Notes: a model not told the origin generated them from the letters alone. Shown: positions 11,179-25,887, counted from the stretch's first letter. The stretch is DNA of 64,000 bases from Lingula anatina (GCA_051362555.1 CM120645.1:12586001-12650000); one strand, 5' to 3'. Translations and numbers: made by a program.

Positions 11179-14100
11179 TCATATCTTGTGACAAGAGGGT
11201 CCCTGACAGACAGACAGCTCCATTAACTTCTTTCTCTGGTCCATAAGTACTGATTTACCCACTGTTTGGATGGCATTGGAGAGCTGGTCGGGGTCTTTAT
11301 TCAGGTCATAAAATTCCTCAAAATTCTGAAAAGAGGTATTTGCTCATTATAATAATGCATGCATTAATAATTCTTGGAAAATATTGTTTTTAGTGCTTAA
11401 GTCTTTTTTATTGGCTCTACAAAAGCCTCCTATATTCTTGTTCACACACATACGCACTTAAACACACATCATCAAAACAAGAAGTTTCCTATTCCAGAAA
11501 AAAAAAAAAAAAAAAAACACTGCAATGCATAAACCCTAAAATTTAATCTGGAAGAAAAATTAAAGCAAAATGGCTTCAACAACCATATGCCGTTTGATTT
11601 ATCAGAATTACTGTCTTATCTATGATAACATAAAATGAATTACATATATTGATTAAATTATGAAAGAAAGAATAAATGATAAAATAAATATATTGATTAA
11701 TAAACAAAAAAAGAAAAGCCAACTTATGAAAACAAAATTCAGGAGAAAATAAAAAAAAGAAAGTCGACTCTAAACAAGAATATTTAAACAACCTTGGACT
11801 CCCAGCTCACCTCAGTGTCCTCAAACACACAGTACATGTAGTTGGTGTCTGCTGAGAGCGTCCTTACGCAGCTGTACGTGTTGTTCTTGGCATCCTCACA
11901 CACACAAATTTTGTTGCAGTGCTACAATAACCACATAGAGCAAATCAGAGACCCATTGTGACAGGACTATGGTAGTCACAGGAATACAACACAATTAATT
12001 TTATTTCATGCCGGGTATAAATTCTATAAATAATGCAATATTTAGACATGAAGTCTAGTAAGATAGAAAATGGAAAATCTTTCTACTTAAAATATACAAA
12101 TACGTACGCATAAATCTACTAAGATAGTATATGAAAAATCTTTCTATGAAAAATATAGAAAATGCTAGATCTAATTAATTGTGAAAAACAAACATTTCTA
12201 CACACAATGCTCACTTATATAGATGCATAAAACAACGTAAACATGTATTACCCCCTGTATTACACAGTTTCACTACATGTATATGCATAAAGGTTACACA
12301 GGCTATATTAGTGATTTAAACTCATCTGAACAATGATGCTGTGCTTTAATTAATACTTCTAAAAGATCATTTCATATTTTTGGCCCAAGATATGAAAAGG
12401 ATTTTTTGCCATATGTTACTGATTAAATCTGGGGATATTTCTACTTTTCTTTTCCACTCTAAGGTTGTAATTTGTTATTCTTTCCTGGAAAAGGTCAAAG
12501 ATGTAGGAAGGTGCAATTAAGCCCATTTATAGCTTTGTAAACCTCTAAAGCAAGCATGTACGTGTACATATTTAGCCTGTTCAAGTTCAAAGTGCTATAA
12601 ATCCAGGGTCCCATATGATTAGTACAGGTTAGGGTTAGCTGGAAGTTATGGAGTCAGTGAGTATAGGGGACAGATATTAATTGGGCCAATATATGAGACA
12701 AATACATGTATATGTTACCTGTACAAAAAATATGGGGAACAGATTACACCTCACTGCAGGCAACTACTAATTACCATTCCTGTCACGTCATCAACTCAAA
12801 AGATTTTACAGATTCAAATGTGATTTTCAAACATAACATCATTTCAAGTTCTATAATTTTTTGTTACAAAAATCAAACATTTTGACTGAATATGAAGCTA
12901 CCAACTTGAAAACCAGCAGGAATATTCTTATCAAAATTATAATTGTTAACATAGCTTATCAGTAATGTACGTCTTAATTTTACAATGTTTGTGAAATTAC
13001 AGCTCCACAGTCTTGTTCAAAATTACAGTCCTTGTTTTTTAATTCAATGTATTATACTTAGCAATCCAAATGTGAAACCAGTTAGTAATCAACTTTTTAT
13101 GTCTGCCAAATGCTAAAAATGAAAAAAAGCATACGCAGTGATGCAGAATCAATTAAACAACCACAAATGAAGACTTACAGACAGGTCCATGTGATCAAAT
13201 TGAGGGCATTTTGGAATAATCTCGTTGTACGCCCCCTGGTGTTCAATCACAAAACTCTCTCGCCAACTGGAGGCTGGAATTGTGGCATTCTGCGCTAGAA
13301 GGTTGTGGAAAGACATGCCGTCCATTTGTGATGGGGCAGTCTGGGCAGACAGAGCTATAAATGTTGGTGCCAAGTCGATGTTTAAAATGATTTCCTGCAA
13401 TGAGATATTAATTTTGCATTTCCTGTGAGATATAAAATTACAATATATTAATAAATCCATTTCCATCAGTAATACTGTATGTTTGTATCGTATATTATTC
13501 TATATGCATGCTTTTCAATTTAGCAAAGATCAGGCCTGTAGCCAGGTGGGGTTCGGGGGGTTGAAAGCACCACCCCTTATGCTGGGAGAAGGTCCACTCT
13601 GGGTAAAATTTGATCTAGGTACATGAAGTTTTTATGGGAGTTTTTCAGAAAAAAAAAGAACCTCCCTAATGAAATTGCTGGCTATATGTACGGGCCTGAA
13701 GATCTATAGGCCTACTGCAGAAGTACATGTAGGCCTACAATATTCTAACCAATATGCAGCAGCCACAATGGTCAGTGTTGCACGTAATATCACTTATCGC
13801 ACAGCCTGTGCTTCAAACAAAATTTGGCCGGCTTACACTCTCGCCTGAATTTTTTATACCTTAATTTTGGTGCATTCATCATATCATTCGAAGTGCCAAC
13901 CATGCATGCAATTAATTAAGTCAGCTACGTATACACTATACTCTTCTTCTACTGTACAACAATGTATGTGATAAATACAAGACCAAATTACATCTTGGCT
14001 ACATTTCGTTAAAAATCTGCTCTTGTATATTGCATATACAGGGGAGGATTCATGTTGTAATTAGTAGGGCCTATACATCACCTCTCTGAGCTGACCAGCC

Positions 14101-17100
14101 TTGATGCCCGGTCCTCTGACCATCAGGGGTACTCGCACATCAAACTCATATGGTAGCCGCTTGTTATGTGGCATAGAAAACTGACCTTTAAAATAAATAA
14201 TTAAAAAGTTGATATAGGCCTCATTCAGAAAATGGGAATAACTAGTCTGAGGGTCAATTATAGCCAATCCCTATGGGATATCTACAGGGTATTTAGTGGG
14301 GGGGGGGGGGGGGGGGGGCGTCTTGATAGTCCGAAGGTTAACTGGTCCGAAGATTCATTGGTCCGAAAAATGGTAACATTTTCATCGGTTAAATTTTTAA
14401 TCAAAGGTTCATTGAATTGGTCCAAGATTCTATATATAGTGAATATTCCGACCAATGAACCTTTGGACTATTGAACCTTCGGACTAATGCTACAGACCCA
14501 TTTAGTGTCTATTACTGGATATTAGATGGCAAGCTTTGTAGTGGGTTGCCATATTTGACCCTCAGAGTAGGTACTAGTCCCCTTTTCTGAATATGGCCAT
14601 ATAGCTATTACAGTTTATCTACACCATTGTCCTCATTAAGATCTAATGTTGCAACCAATTATGTTACATGTATACATTAATTCTACATTTTTCATTTTAT
14701 CACTTTTTAGTGTGCATTATTCTATTATTGATTGTCTTTTCAAGTGTCTGTTACAACCTCTGTTACATCTTAATTCAGCAACTTTGCACTCATGTACACT
14801 TTTCAGTGTAAAAAAATTGGATGCTCTTATATAATACGTTTATGAAAGTGGCATTCAGACACATACACTAATTAATATGGAAAACAAAGTTTTAACCAGG
14901 GGCGGATTAAGGGCGTCTTCTGGGTCTTCCGGAAGACGGTCAGATTTTCAAGTTTACATTGACGGGTATCTATTTTTTTTCTGTCGGAAGACGGTCAAAA
15001 ATGGAGGATGAATCAACAAAGATAATTTGGAAGACTGTCAGAAAAAAACTCTGGATCCGCCCCTGTTAACCATACATTTTATACCTTAATTCTTGACATG
15101 AAAGTGGAATAAACCAACTTCAAATAAAACTGTGCATAAGGCTGAAGATCTCAGAGAAAACTCCAACTTTGTTATTATTTTCCTCATTTAATCTCCATTT
15201 CTTACCAAGATGATAGCCATTGTCGGAGGAATAAAACAAGTAGGTATTGTCCAGCAGTTTTCGCTGAGTTAACAAGTTGATCACATTCTCAACCATATCA
15301 TCCACTGACAGCAAGGTGCGCCATCTATAAATGGAAAGTTTACACTTGTCACAAACAACTAAAGGATCAGAGTGGAGATACCTGCATGGGTATTGTACCA
15401 CCAGCTGTAGTTAGTGCATTCGTATGGAAAACAAAAACAAAAAAAAAAAAAAACAAAACAAAACAAAAAAAAACAACACCTCCATTTCCCAGAGATTATC
15501 ATACAAACTTTGGATTGACCCATCTCCAAGGGGACTTGCTTAATTGCAATTAACTTAAAGGGATAATAACTCTTCGTATGAAATCTATATTTCACAATAA
15601 AAACATTGTGAATAACTCATAGAAATATAATATATTCTGTTTTACCACAAAAACGGCAGTTATAGCTATTATTCTGATATCTGAGCATGTCTTTAGACCA
15701 CGTGACCTCCACTGATGGCTATATTCTGTTAAAATCTCTTAAAGGATTTGCTTCATACCGTCAGAATGGCCTCAACGGAACATATTCTTCAGAAAACATG
15801 CCCAACTAACGATATCTTTATCCAAATACACAAATTAAAAGCTCATTTTGTAAATTTTTGGCTTTAAAAAACGTCCTATTTGCTCGGCCTGGGAGTTAAT
15901 GAGCTACGTGGTCACGTGGCCCGATGACGACAATCGAACCACTGGAGAACAGAGCGTGCTTAGCTGTCAAACTGAGCCGCATTGTCTACCTGTAAGATGA
16001 CTTCTCTGGCTTCTGATAAAAGTTAATACTCATTCAAATCTCTTACCCGAGGGATCTAAATCCTCATGAAGCTGTGTAAAACCATTCCCTTCTAGTCAAT
16101 TCTTTAACGAGCATTTAATTATGGTTATCCCAAGTTGTATAAAACACTGCATTTGAATGAGTAAAGGGTACTGTGGATTATTGCATATGAGGGCCATGTT
16201 ATTTGTGGAATTAAATTAATTTTATTAAACCGCTGACACTCCGTCTTGGATACTTTTCTTAAACTGAGGTAAACGAAGACCGTTACCTTTACAAGTCCCA
16301 TCTTAATCATCCATCTAACTGGAACTTCCTTTACCTCTTAATTAGAGGGTTAAATGGCTGGCGATATTTATCTCAGGTAAAAATCTACCTGTGCTTTAGT
16401 TTCAAAGAGCAGCTCCCGCAGACCTGGGGGTACTAGATAAAATCTGAACACCGGGTTTATTGAGGAGCTAGAGAAACAAAGGAAGAATTTTTCCTGCACA
16501 GCTTCATAGGAATTTTAGCACGGACTTGATCCAGCTTAGACCTTCTAATTAACAGGGTGACATGGGCAATTTTCAAATACAAAATAAACAAATAATAAAA
16601 CTATATTTCAGTTAGCCTCCTCTTAAATAAATATACCGTTCTGGATAAATTAGAACATTTATTAAATCGACAGAAAATTTTTGACTTAAATGATGATTTT
16701 ATTATTAATGGAAATTAAGCTACTATATGGGGCACATTTGCTGAGATTACGCTGTTCTTGATGTTTTGCGTTAGTCTACATTTTGCTGTGCGTGCTTGGA
16801 ATTTTTTTATTTTTTATACTCACGTATGTAAAACTGCACATTTAGTAAACATTCAAGTAATGATTTTTCCCATGCTACTTATAGCAAACAATGCTCTTTT
16901 ACCTTGATCTGCTACATGTCTTTGGGTTTGACAAAGCATACAAATTTGCAAAAAGTTTTGTGTACAGACGCAGAACTTGTATTTCAAGGTATAAAATGAT
17001 AAATCTTTTAAATTATTTTATACTTCAGATGAAATAACATTCAGAAACAAATCCTCAAAGCATAAACGAATTAGGATTACGAACCATTTTAGTACATAAG

Positions 17101-20100
17101 TTCCTATTTTTTTCTTTAATATACCGCTCTTTTTTTCTGTTTGTTCTTCAACACGTTTTCTTCCACGGAAGTAATGCCTGGGCATACGCATGCTTCAAGT
17201 TACCCTGAGAGCAATTACTTTTATTAATGTTCGCAACGGTGTTTGAACTCAATTGTTTAAATATTGATATTAAACGTCATTTACAAATACCAATAAAATC
17301 ACCCCATGAAATAAATGAGATATTTTGAAAAATATGAAAGCCCACCAAGACTATTTTGATACCTGTTATTACCTGGGTTGGGAAGTGCCGCGGTGCATTA
17401 TTAACAGGTTTGTTGTAAACGAGCTTTTGGTCAACTAAAATGCATTTAAAATGCATCAGCAATCAGTAAGTTTGCCAACTGATGACAGTTAATCTGAAAG
17501 ACTACCAGCTCTTGATATGATCTAAACCACCTGAGGTGACCATGATCTAGAGCATCGCAACTATATTGTCACCGAAGTTAGTAAGTCACGGAAGACCGTC
17601 ACAGACAAAGAAAGATTGTCAACGAGAGCTGCAATTTTGGTGAATCCCACGGCAACACACCGAGGCATAACGAAAATTCCTCAACTCCGTTCAACACAAC
17701 TTTCCTTCCCAGCTAGAATGGGAGCCCCGGCTGCCCACAGGAGCCCAGGCTGCCAGAGAGACTGCCAGGGAGACTGTCCTTTTGCAGTAGGGGCTCCAGT
17801 GTGCAGTCTCCTTGAGCAGGCAGACTGCAAAGGGGGCTGCAATAACTTAAATATTTTTGCAGGGGACTGCAAAGGAGGCTGCAATAACTTAGGCATTTTT
17901 GCAGGGGACTGCAAAGGGGGCTTCAATAACTTCAACATTTTGCAGGGGACTGCATAGGAGGCTGCAATAACTTAGGCATTTTTGCAGGAGACTGCAAAGG
18001 GGGCTGCAATAACTTAAATATTTTGCACGGGACTGCGAAGGAGGCTGCAATAACTGACATTTTTAACGTTGCCCAACGTATGCAATAAAAAACCCAATAG
18101 TTACTTAAAAAGTGTTTCTATTCGCAACTGAGAAGCATGTATGCTAATCTTTTGATCAGTTATCAGGCTTAAAAGAAAACATTTTCTTTTTATTAAGAGC
18201 TTGTCAAAATGACTTTAAAATTGTTTGGGTTAAAAGCAGTTGTTGGCTTTAATCCTCCAAGCTATATATACACTCATATATAGTACATTTACTTCACCTA
18301 TAAAAAATAACTGAGTGAACAGATTTATATTTTTTAAATAATGCTGTGAAAATATATGCTTAACCATTGCTATTATTATCATTGAAATTAGACAAATGAT
18401 TGAAGTCTTATTTTAATATACAATTGCACAATGTATAAATTTTAAACCTCACAGTTAGCATCAATTTAAGTTGGACTTAAAATCAACTGGTAACTTTCAA
18501 TAGACCAAATTCATTTCAAGTTAGGGGCATGTTTATCTTAACTGTCAGTTTGATATAAACAGTCCACCTACAGCTTGCTCAATGAGATCAAATTACTATA
18601 CTGGACAGTACATAGCACAGTTTAAACAGGCAGTTGTCCGTTGGGCTGATTCAAATATCTAAGCCAGAAGCTATAGGTCAGGAATGTTCTAAGGAAGAGG
18701 CAAGAAATCTGAAAACATTGATTTCTGGATTGAAAAAGAAGACATTTTTAGGAAATATAGAAAGAAAAATGAAGAGATAAAGAGACAGGATAAGAAGTGA
18801 GCATGCAAGCCTTTTTGGTTTTGTATTTTCCTACATGTATAGTTTACTGATGCACCAGGATCCATAGAGCCTTGGAAAGTGTTCAATTTTAACCCAGCAC
18901 TTTGAATTCTGTTTGTGGTTTTGAAAAGTACTTGGAATTGCTATTAGGCTAGAAAAAGGTTTGCATTTAACCATTTTGGTCCTTGTAAAAATCTTATTTT
19001 AAATTCTTTAGTTTTTGGCATGAATATCAACAATAATTCACAGATGAGGATAATTACCTTTTAAAACATCTCTGTACATTTCATCATCATGCAGTGTGTT
19101 AAAAATACCAAGTTTAAATGAAATGAGCCTTTTTTCCTTTGGTATGTACACTTTAAAATTGTATTAGTGTATAACTTGCCCTCATTAGTTGAAAAAACCT
19201 TAAAAATTACTTGAAATATTGCTGTTATGTGTCTGTATATATGAATCCTGGTCAGTGAATTCTGTGATAGAGTTTTTGGAATGATTAAATAACATACAGT
19301 AGAATTCCCAGCCCTCTGCTAATATGGGCTTTGTAAAAAAATATATATATGTAAAGCAGTAAACTGAAGTAAATTGTATGGAGAGAAATAAACCAATATG
19401 TTAGATATAAATGGATCAGATAACATACATTTTATGATCAAGGGGAAATTTTGTATTTAGATTTGAACTTAAATACATACTTTGGAGAAAGATTATTTCT
19501 AAATTCCTTTTGATAAATGTAATTATTGTTTGAATAGGGGCCGTAGCAATAGTCCGAAGGTTCAATAGTCCGAAGGTTCATTGGTTCGAATATTCACTAT
19601 AGAACCTTTGGATCAATGAACCCTTGATTAAAAAATCGATGAAAATGTTACCACTTTTCGGACCAATGAACCTTCGGACCAATGAACCTTCGGACTATCG
19701 AGACGCCCCCGTTTGAATATACAAAAAATAAATAAATAAATAAAATATATAAATAAAAAGATTTTACCAAATTTTATTTTGCCAGTTGCCTAGGGAGACT
19801 GCAGAGTAGACTGCTAGAGGGGCTGCCAAGCAGACTGCTAGGGGGACTGCCAAGCAGACTGCCAGGGGGGCTGCCAAGCAGACTGCTAGGGGGGCTGCCA
19901 AAGCAGACTGCTAGGGGGACTGCCAAGCAGACTGCTAGGGGGGCTGCCAAGCAGACTGCTAGGGGGGCTGCCAAGCAGACTGCTAGGGGGGCTGCCAAGC
20001 AGACTGCTAGGGGGACTGCCCAGGCAGTCCCTCTGGCAGCGCGTTCCAAAAATGCAAATTAAGACTGCCAGGGAGACTGCCAAGCAGACTGCTAGGGGGG

Positions 20101-21762
20101 CTGCCAAAGCAGACTGCTAGGGGGACTGCCCAGGCAGTCCCTCTGGCAGCGCGTTCCAAAAATGCAAATTAAGACTGCCAGAGGGACTGCCAAGCAGACT
20201 GCCAAGGGGGCTGCCAAGCAGACTGCTAGGGGGACTGCCAAGCAGACTGCTAGGGGGGCTGCCAAGCAGACTGCTAGGGGGGCTGCCAAAGCAGACTGCT
20301 AGGGGGACTGCCCAGGCAGTCCCCCTGGCAGCGCGTTCCAAAAATGCAAATTAAGACTGCCAAGGGGACTCCCTCCATACTTAAGGATACCTGCAAAGGA
20401 GGCTGCTATGGGAGCGGGGACTGCTAGGGAGACTGCAAAGCAGGCTCCATGGGGGGACTGTAAAGGAGACTGCAAGCAGACTGCAAAGGGGACTACTTTT
20501 CTAGCTGGGTTAACTTCTCCGTCTGTATGCACCATGCAGCTCAGTTGAGTCTCATAGACCTTTATCGTGATTGTCGTCACAGTACCACGTGACCCAGATC
20601 TGTTGCTTAGTTTATGCATATTGAGGTGAGGTTTACTAAAATGCTTTTTGTCTATAGATTGTTTTTATAATTTTTAAATGACGGGGATCGATTAAAACGT
20701 AACTGTAGTGTATAGATTAAGTGTTGGATCTTCAGAATTCGAGAAATGGATTTTTATATGACTATTGTCCTTTAAGAGATTTTAACAAAAAACCAAACTT
20801 TTTAGAAAAAAAACAGGGACTTACTTTGAATGTAAAAATGGATTCATTAAACATTGGTAAGTATATATGGGAAAATTGTTGGTTACTCCAGGAAAATTCA
20901 TTTTTTGGACGAAACGAAGAGTTATTATCCCTTTAAGCAGCTTAGTTGTCTGTCAAGCCTTGTAACTTTAGCTGGTAGGGGGGGTAATTAACTATGTATC
21001 GTTTAGCAGCTTTAGCAAGTGTGCCAGACATCTACCATAAGCCAATTAAGCAGAATTAAGCCAGAAAATAACCCCCGAAGATGGACCGAACCTGTTAGAT
21101 CGATCTACAAAAGCTCATATACAAAATGCAGTAAACAAGAGATCCCAATATTTTTGTTGAAAATTACAATTTATAACAAAATCATGGGGAAAAGTAAAAG
21201 GTTAAATCCAATTTGTGAAGTAGTTCAAAGGTCAAATTCAAGGTCCCAGGAAGACTGTCAACATATATGAGTTCCTATACTGAAGTTCAATAGTAAATAT
21301 GTATTAGTGCAAGTTTTGGAGACATAAATTAAGGGACAGAAAATTTGCAAAGTTCACTGCATGGTAAAAAGTAGGTCAAAGGTCAATTTCACAGTTACAG
21401 TTAGATTGCCAGTATATGACTTCCTATTCACATTTAATAGTAACTATGGTGTATCTCTGCCAGTTTTGGGTATATAAGGGACAGAAAATTTGCAAAGTTC
21501 ACTCCATGGTAAAAAGTAGGTCAGAGGTCAATTTCATGGATACAGTTATATTGCCAGTATATGACTTCCTATTCACACTTAATAGTAACTATGGTGTATC
21601 TCTGCCAGTTTTGGGTATATAAAGGACAGAAAATTTGCACAGTTCACCCCTTACGAAAAAGTCCTATAGGATCCTATAGGATCCTATAGGACTTTTTCGT
21701 AAGGGACTCCATGGCAAAAAGTAGGTCAGAGGTCAATTTCATGGATACAGTTAGATTGCCAG

Positions 21763-21813
<51 letters not shown>

Positions 21814-24800
21814 CTTCCTATTCAAGTTCAATAGTATAGGGCCATTTCTGCTTCCTGTAATTTTGAAGTTACTACATGACATTTTAATTTCACCATTGAA
21901 TATTGTGATGTTGTACTTTTTGATATAGCACACAACACATAAATCGTATGAAAAACACTTTTTTTTTGAAAACTTATTTGCAATATTAAACAATATTTAC
22001 CGGTACCTGCATAATTATCACTGCTTCATTATTATGGACACCTATCTGGCAGAGAACTTAAAGGGATAATAACTCTTTGTTTCGGCCAAAAAATGAATTT
22101 TCCTGGAGTAAACAACAATTAATGAATGGTTAAACAATGGTTAATGAATCAATTTCTACATTCAAAGTTAGTCCCTGAATTTTTTCTAAAAAGTTTTTTT
22201 TCTTTTTTTTGTAATTATCTCTTAGGAGATTATAACTGTGTACAGAAATGTATGGAGGTCTCGTGGTCCAATAACAAGCTCAGATATCAGAATAATAGCT
22301 ATAACTGCCATTTTTGTGGTAAAACAGAATATGTTTTATTTCTATGAGTTATTCACAATGTTTTATTGTGAAATATAGATCTCATATGAAGAGTTATTAT
22401 CCCTTTAACTTATGGGAGTTTACAGTATCAACAAGTGTGTTTTACGTAATCTCATTTAATGGCCACTTGAATCTTAATTGACTTTATAGCAATGAACTTA
22501 TACCCAAGGGAAAATTACAAATGTGACTAGTAAAGGTCTTCAGGCCCATATAAGTCACACCTTAAAAAGATGCAGAAAATAGGTCATTTTGTCAATTTTG
22601 ATACAATAATAAATAATGTTTATAACAGCACAATCAACACTTAAAGGGATAATAACTCTTTGTATGAGATCTATATTTCACAAGACATTGTACATGTGAC
22701 CCATGCAGGCCATTTTGAAAATGGTGGCCATCTTGAAGAGGTTGTGTGAGGCATCATGTAGTATTTAACATATAGCACAAATTTGTGTGTGACCTTGGTA
22801 ATAAAAATGATTTATTTAATAATAAAAGTGAACCAAAGCCCACGTCATGGAAATTTGCATTTCAGGGCGGCCATGTTGAATATTTAAAATTGACTGCTTT
22901 TAACCTCATCCAAATTTAACCAAATACCATATAAAAATGAAAATATGTCTACTTTGTATAATCCACCCCAAAATAACTAAATAACTATGTGGACATTACA
23001 ATTTTGATTTTATATGTATTAAAGATTGGGAACAAAAAGAGAAAATTTGACCAATTTTTTTAATGAACAACAGCAGCCATCTTGAAAACGGCGGCCATCT
23101 TGAAATTCTGGCATGGTGTTTTTTTTAGCCCATAAGCTCCCTCATCACAAAACATGTAAAGGCCATATGACACACAGTGTTTTAGTTATGTTTATCAATG
23201 ATTTGTATTCTTAGAAAAAATGCAAAAAAAAAAACAGGTGGCCATCTTGGATTTTGCCCGTTTCCATGGTTACGCAGGCAATTGCCATTTCCACATCATG
23301 GCTAACTTTGACCAGCAGACTCTTAGCTTTCAAATGGTATATAATTCAGGTCTGTGTATAAAGGGGACACTAAACTCCTTAAATAAAGCACTTTTTGGGG
23401 TTTTGCCGCTCACTTAAGTGACGTGGCAGCGGAGACGGCGCACAAAAACCATATGTGTAAAACCATGTGTTCCGATAAAAAGAAATAAGTTACATCAAAT
23501 ATTCATAAGTCTCTACTAACTCCATACTTTCAATAAATTTGAAAATGAACCTCTAAAGGCATGAGAGATATTAAAAAAAATTCTAAATTTGTATGTATAT
23601 GCTGCACACCATATGTACCTGCGCCTAAAAAGCTTATCTATGTGGGCAATGCCATCAGCAGGCATAGGAAACTGGGCCTGCCTTATCAACCAGTGCTTGT
23701 CCTGAAATATTATTAAGTGTTTCTTGAAATATCATTATCTGGTTTATATTAGTAATATTGCATAGTAATATCTTATAAAGTAAATAATATAATATAATAT
23801 AATATAATATAATATAATATAATATAATATAATATAATATAATATCAGCAGAGAGAGAGAGAGAAAGAGAGAGAGAGATGTTATTCAGTCTGCAATGAAG
23901 CATTCACCTTCCCATACACATTAAAGCTTCCATTCCTTGGTGCCTTGGTGTCATTAAAACTGTTATTGTACTGGGGGGCTGGGATTAAGGGTCCATGGCA
24001 GGCTGGGGTGGACAGCATCATGAAGAAGGGGCCTGAATCGGGTGACTGCAGTTGAAGGAAGTCGTCTGCTCTTTTGCTCTGAATTTATGAAAATACTGCT
24101 GCTTTCCATCTTAAGTTTTCCACATATAACGACAAGGGTAGTATGCAACTTGTGATCAGAATTTGATTGCATTTTGTGCTTCATTTTTTTTGTTCTGCAA
24201 TAGTCAATGTGACATCTATTTAGTTAATTCTCTAAAAAATCCAAACATGTATTCTTTTCTACTTTTTTAATCTCCCAATGCTATGAGCTGCCTTATATAT
24301 AATAAAAATAATTCGACAAATGTGTGTGTGTGTATATATATATATATATACAGGGGTACATATATCAGATATATATATATATATATATATATCAGAAAAC
24401 ATACATAAAATGGAAATAGTTTTAACATGATCTTGGGTTAAAAATATCAAATAAATAAGATAATATTGGCATATATATATAAAGAAAAGTTGAAAGGTAT
24501 TGATTAAATTATGATGTTAAAGAGTTGCAGCAGTTTGATAAAAACTATAAAATGTTTGCTTCCTCTAAAATTTTATAGTCTTCATTAGCTTGGAAGAAAT
24601 GTAAAATACTTATTATCCTGACCTTGTACCTTTTCTTTAACAATTTACTCAATTGTCAAATTTGTTACATGTGTAGCACCATATTTTGTGTATCCAAGTC
24701 ATATACAGTAATTCTAATCAATCACTTAATTCTATTGAAAAAAAAAATGATGTCAGTTAGGTACATGTAGTGCCTACTTACTATAAACTTGGTTATGTCA

Positions 24801-25846
24801 GTAAGATAGTGCATATACTTACTATATATATATTACATGTACAGGTATATTTATGTCAATAAGGTATACAGTGCCTGTATTAAATACATATAATGTCAGT
24901 AAGATAGTGCCAGTACTTACAATGATGTTGGTAAGGTAGTCATTCTCGTAGTTGTCCTTATGGTTCTCTACTGTTCCATTCACAGACAGGTGATAATTGT
25001 AATATCTGGAGTTACCAACCTATGAAAACCAGATAACATTTTCAATAAGCACTTCACTTTTGAGAGCTGCTGTATGTGTTTCCATTTATAAGATTAAGTG
25101 CCCAACACAGATTCTGTCCTCAACTTTTTGTGGGATTAAAACTCTGGTCTGTGTTGGAGATGAGTACCATGAACAATTAATGCATTCACACAGACATGAC
25201 CCATGACATGATGTGTGACCCATGACATGCGTGGCCCACTGATATGATATGAACCATTAGGTGTGTCCCATGACATGAAGTGTGACCCATCATGTGATAC
25301 ATGACTTGAATTGTGACCCGGCCATTACATGTGACCCGTGACTTGATGCATGACTCATTATGTGTGAACCATGACATGTGACCCATGCAGGCCTTTTCGC
25401 AGGATTGGGGGTACAGGCTGTCTAAAATTACCACCTGTAATTTCTTACAAAATTTCAGAGAGTCCAAGTATGCCTTAAGTCACTTCCAAAAAATTTTTGT
25501 GGTGAAACTGGGGCCTGGATGGTTCACTTGGAAAACCCTTGGACCCATGATATGTGTGACCTATGACATGTGACCCATATCATATGTGTGGCCCATCGTA
25601 CCATGACTTCATGCCATCCAGTGACCTCTGATACTCAGAGTGAAGTGGTGTTCTAGTTACATTAGCTTACCAGCCCATTCCACCAGTCCCAGCCAGGTGG
25701 TACATGTTCTGGGCCCCCTGTCTCACGTCTGCCATACTGGAATAGACCAGAGAAAATGTTTCCTTACATATATATCTTGCAATATACCACAGTACACAGA
25801 CACAAGTATGTGCAAGCATGCATGCACGTATGTGCACACATACACC

Positions 25847-25887
<41 letters not shown>

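Larger units (their letters stand above)
15743..20771. mobile_element. Kolobok-like non-autonomous element B, copy 1 (~2.2 kb plus a 2.8-kb nested insert)
   Basis: TTAA TSD (15739-15742, 20772-20775); short imperfect TIRs AGGATTTGCTTCAT / ATGACTATTGTCCT; colinear, inverted homologue at 29551-32010. Confidence 0.85.
15559..20932. mobile_element. Kolobok-like MITE family A (~340 bp), split into 15559-15738 and 20776-20932 by nested insertions
   Basis: TTAA|AGGGATAATAACTCTTCGT...ACGAAGAGTTATTATCCCT|TTAA; the two halves join to match the intact copies at 22062-22404 and 42716-43052. Confidence 0.85.
21133..22640 (+). repeat. HINE-like fragments with ~146-bp tandem repeats in GNS-A intron 7
   Basis: AACAAGAG start; units beginning GGACAGAAAATTTGCA at ~21334, 21479, 21624; (TA)n expansion 21768-21810; 21970-22640 is homologous to 1650-1900 and 840-910. 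Confidence 0.6.

Noticed and set aside
12627-12638. Telomere-like GGTTAGGGTTAG (also 62655-62666, 52292-52302)
   Set aside because: Only about two units, inside dispersed repeat fragments; not an interstitial telomere array.
17616-17957. ORFs with [10 protein letters not shown] repeats
   Set aside because: They span the element B/C junction and translate the ~42-bp subterminal repeat.
19774-20619. Repetitive ORFs (LAAPLAVC / GSPPSSLL) and CRISPR-like periodicity
   Set aside because: Translations of the 24-bp subterminal repeats of element C; no unique spacers, no cas genes, eukaryotic context.
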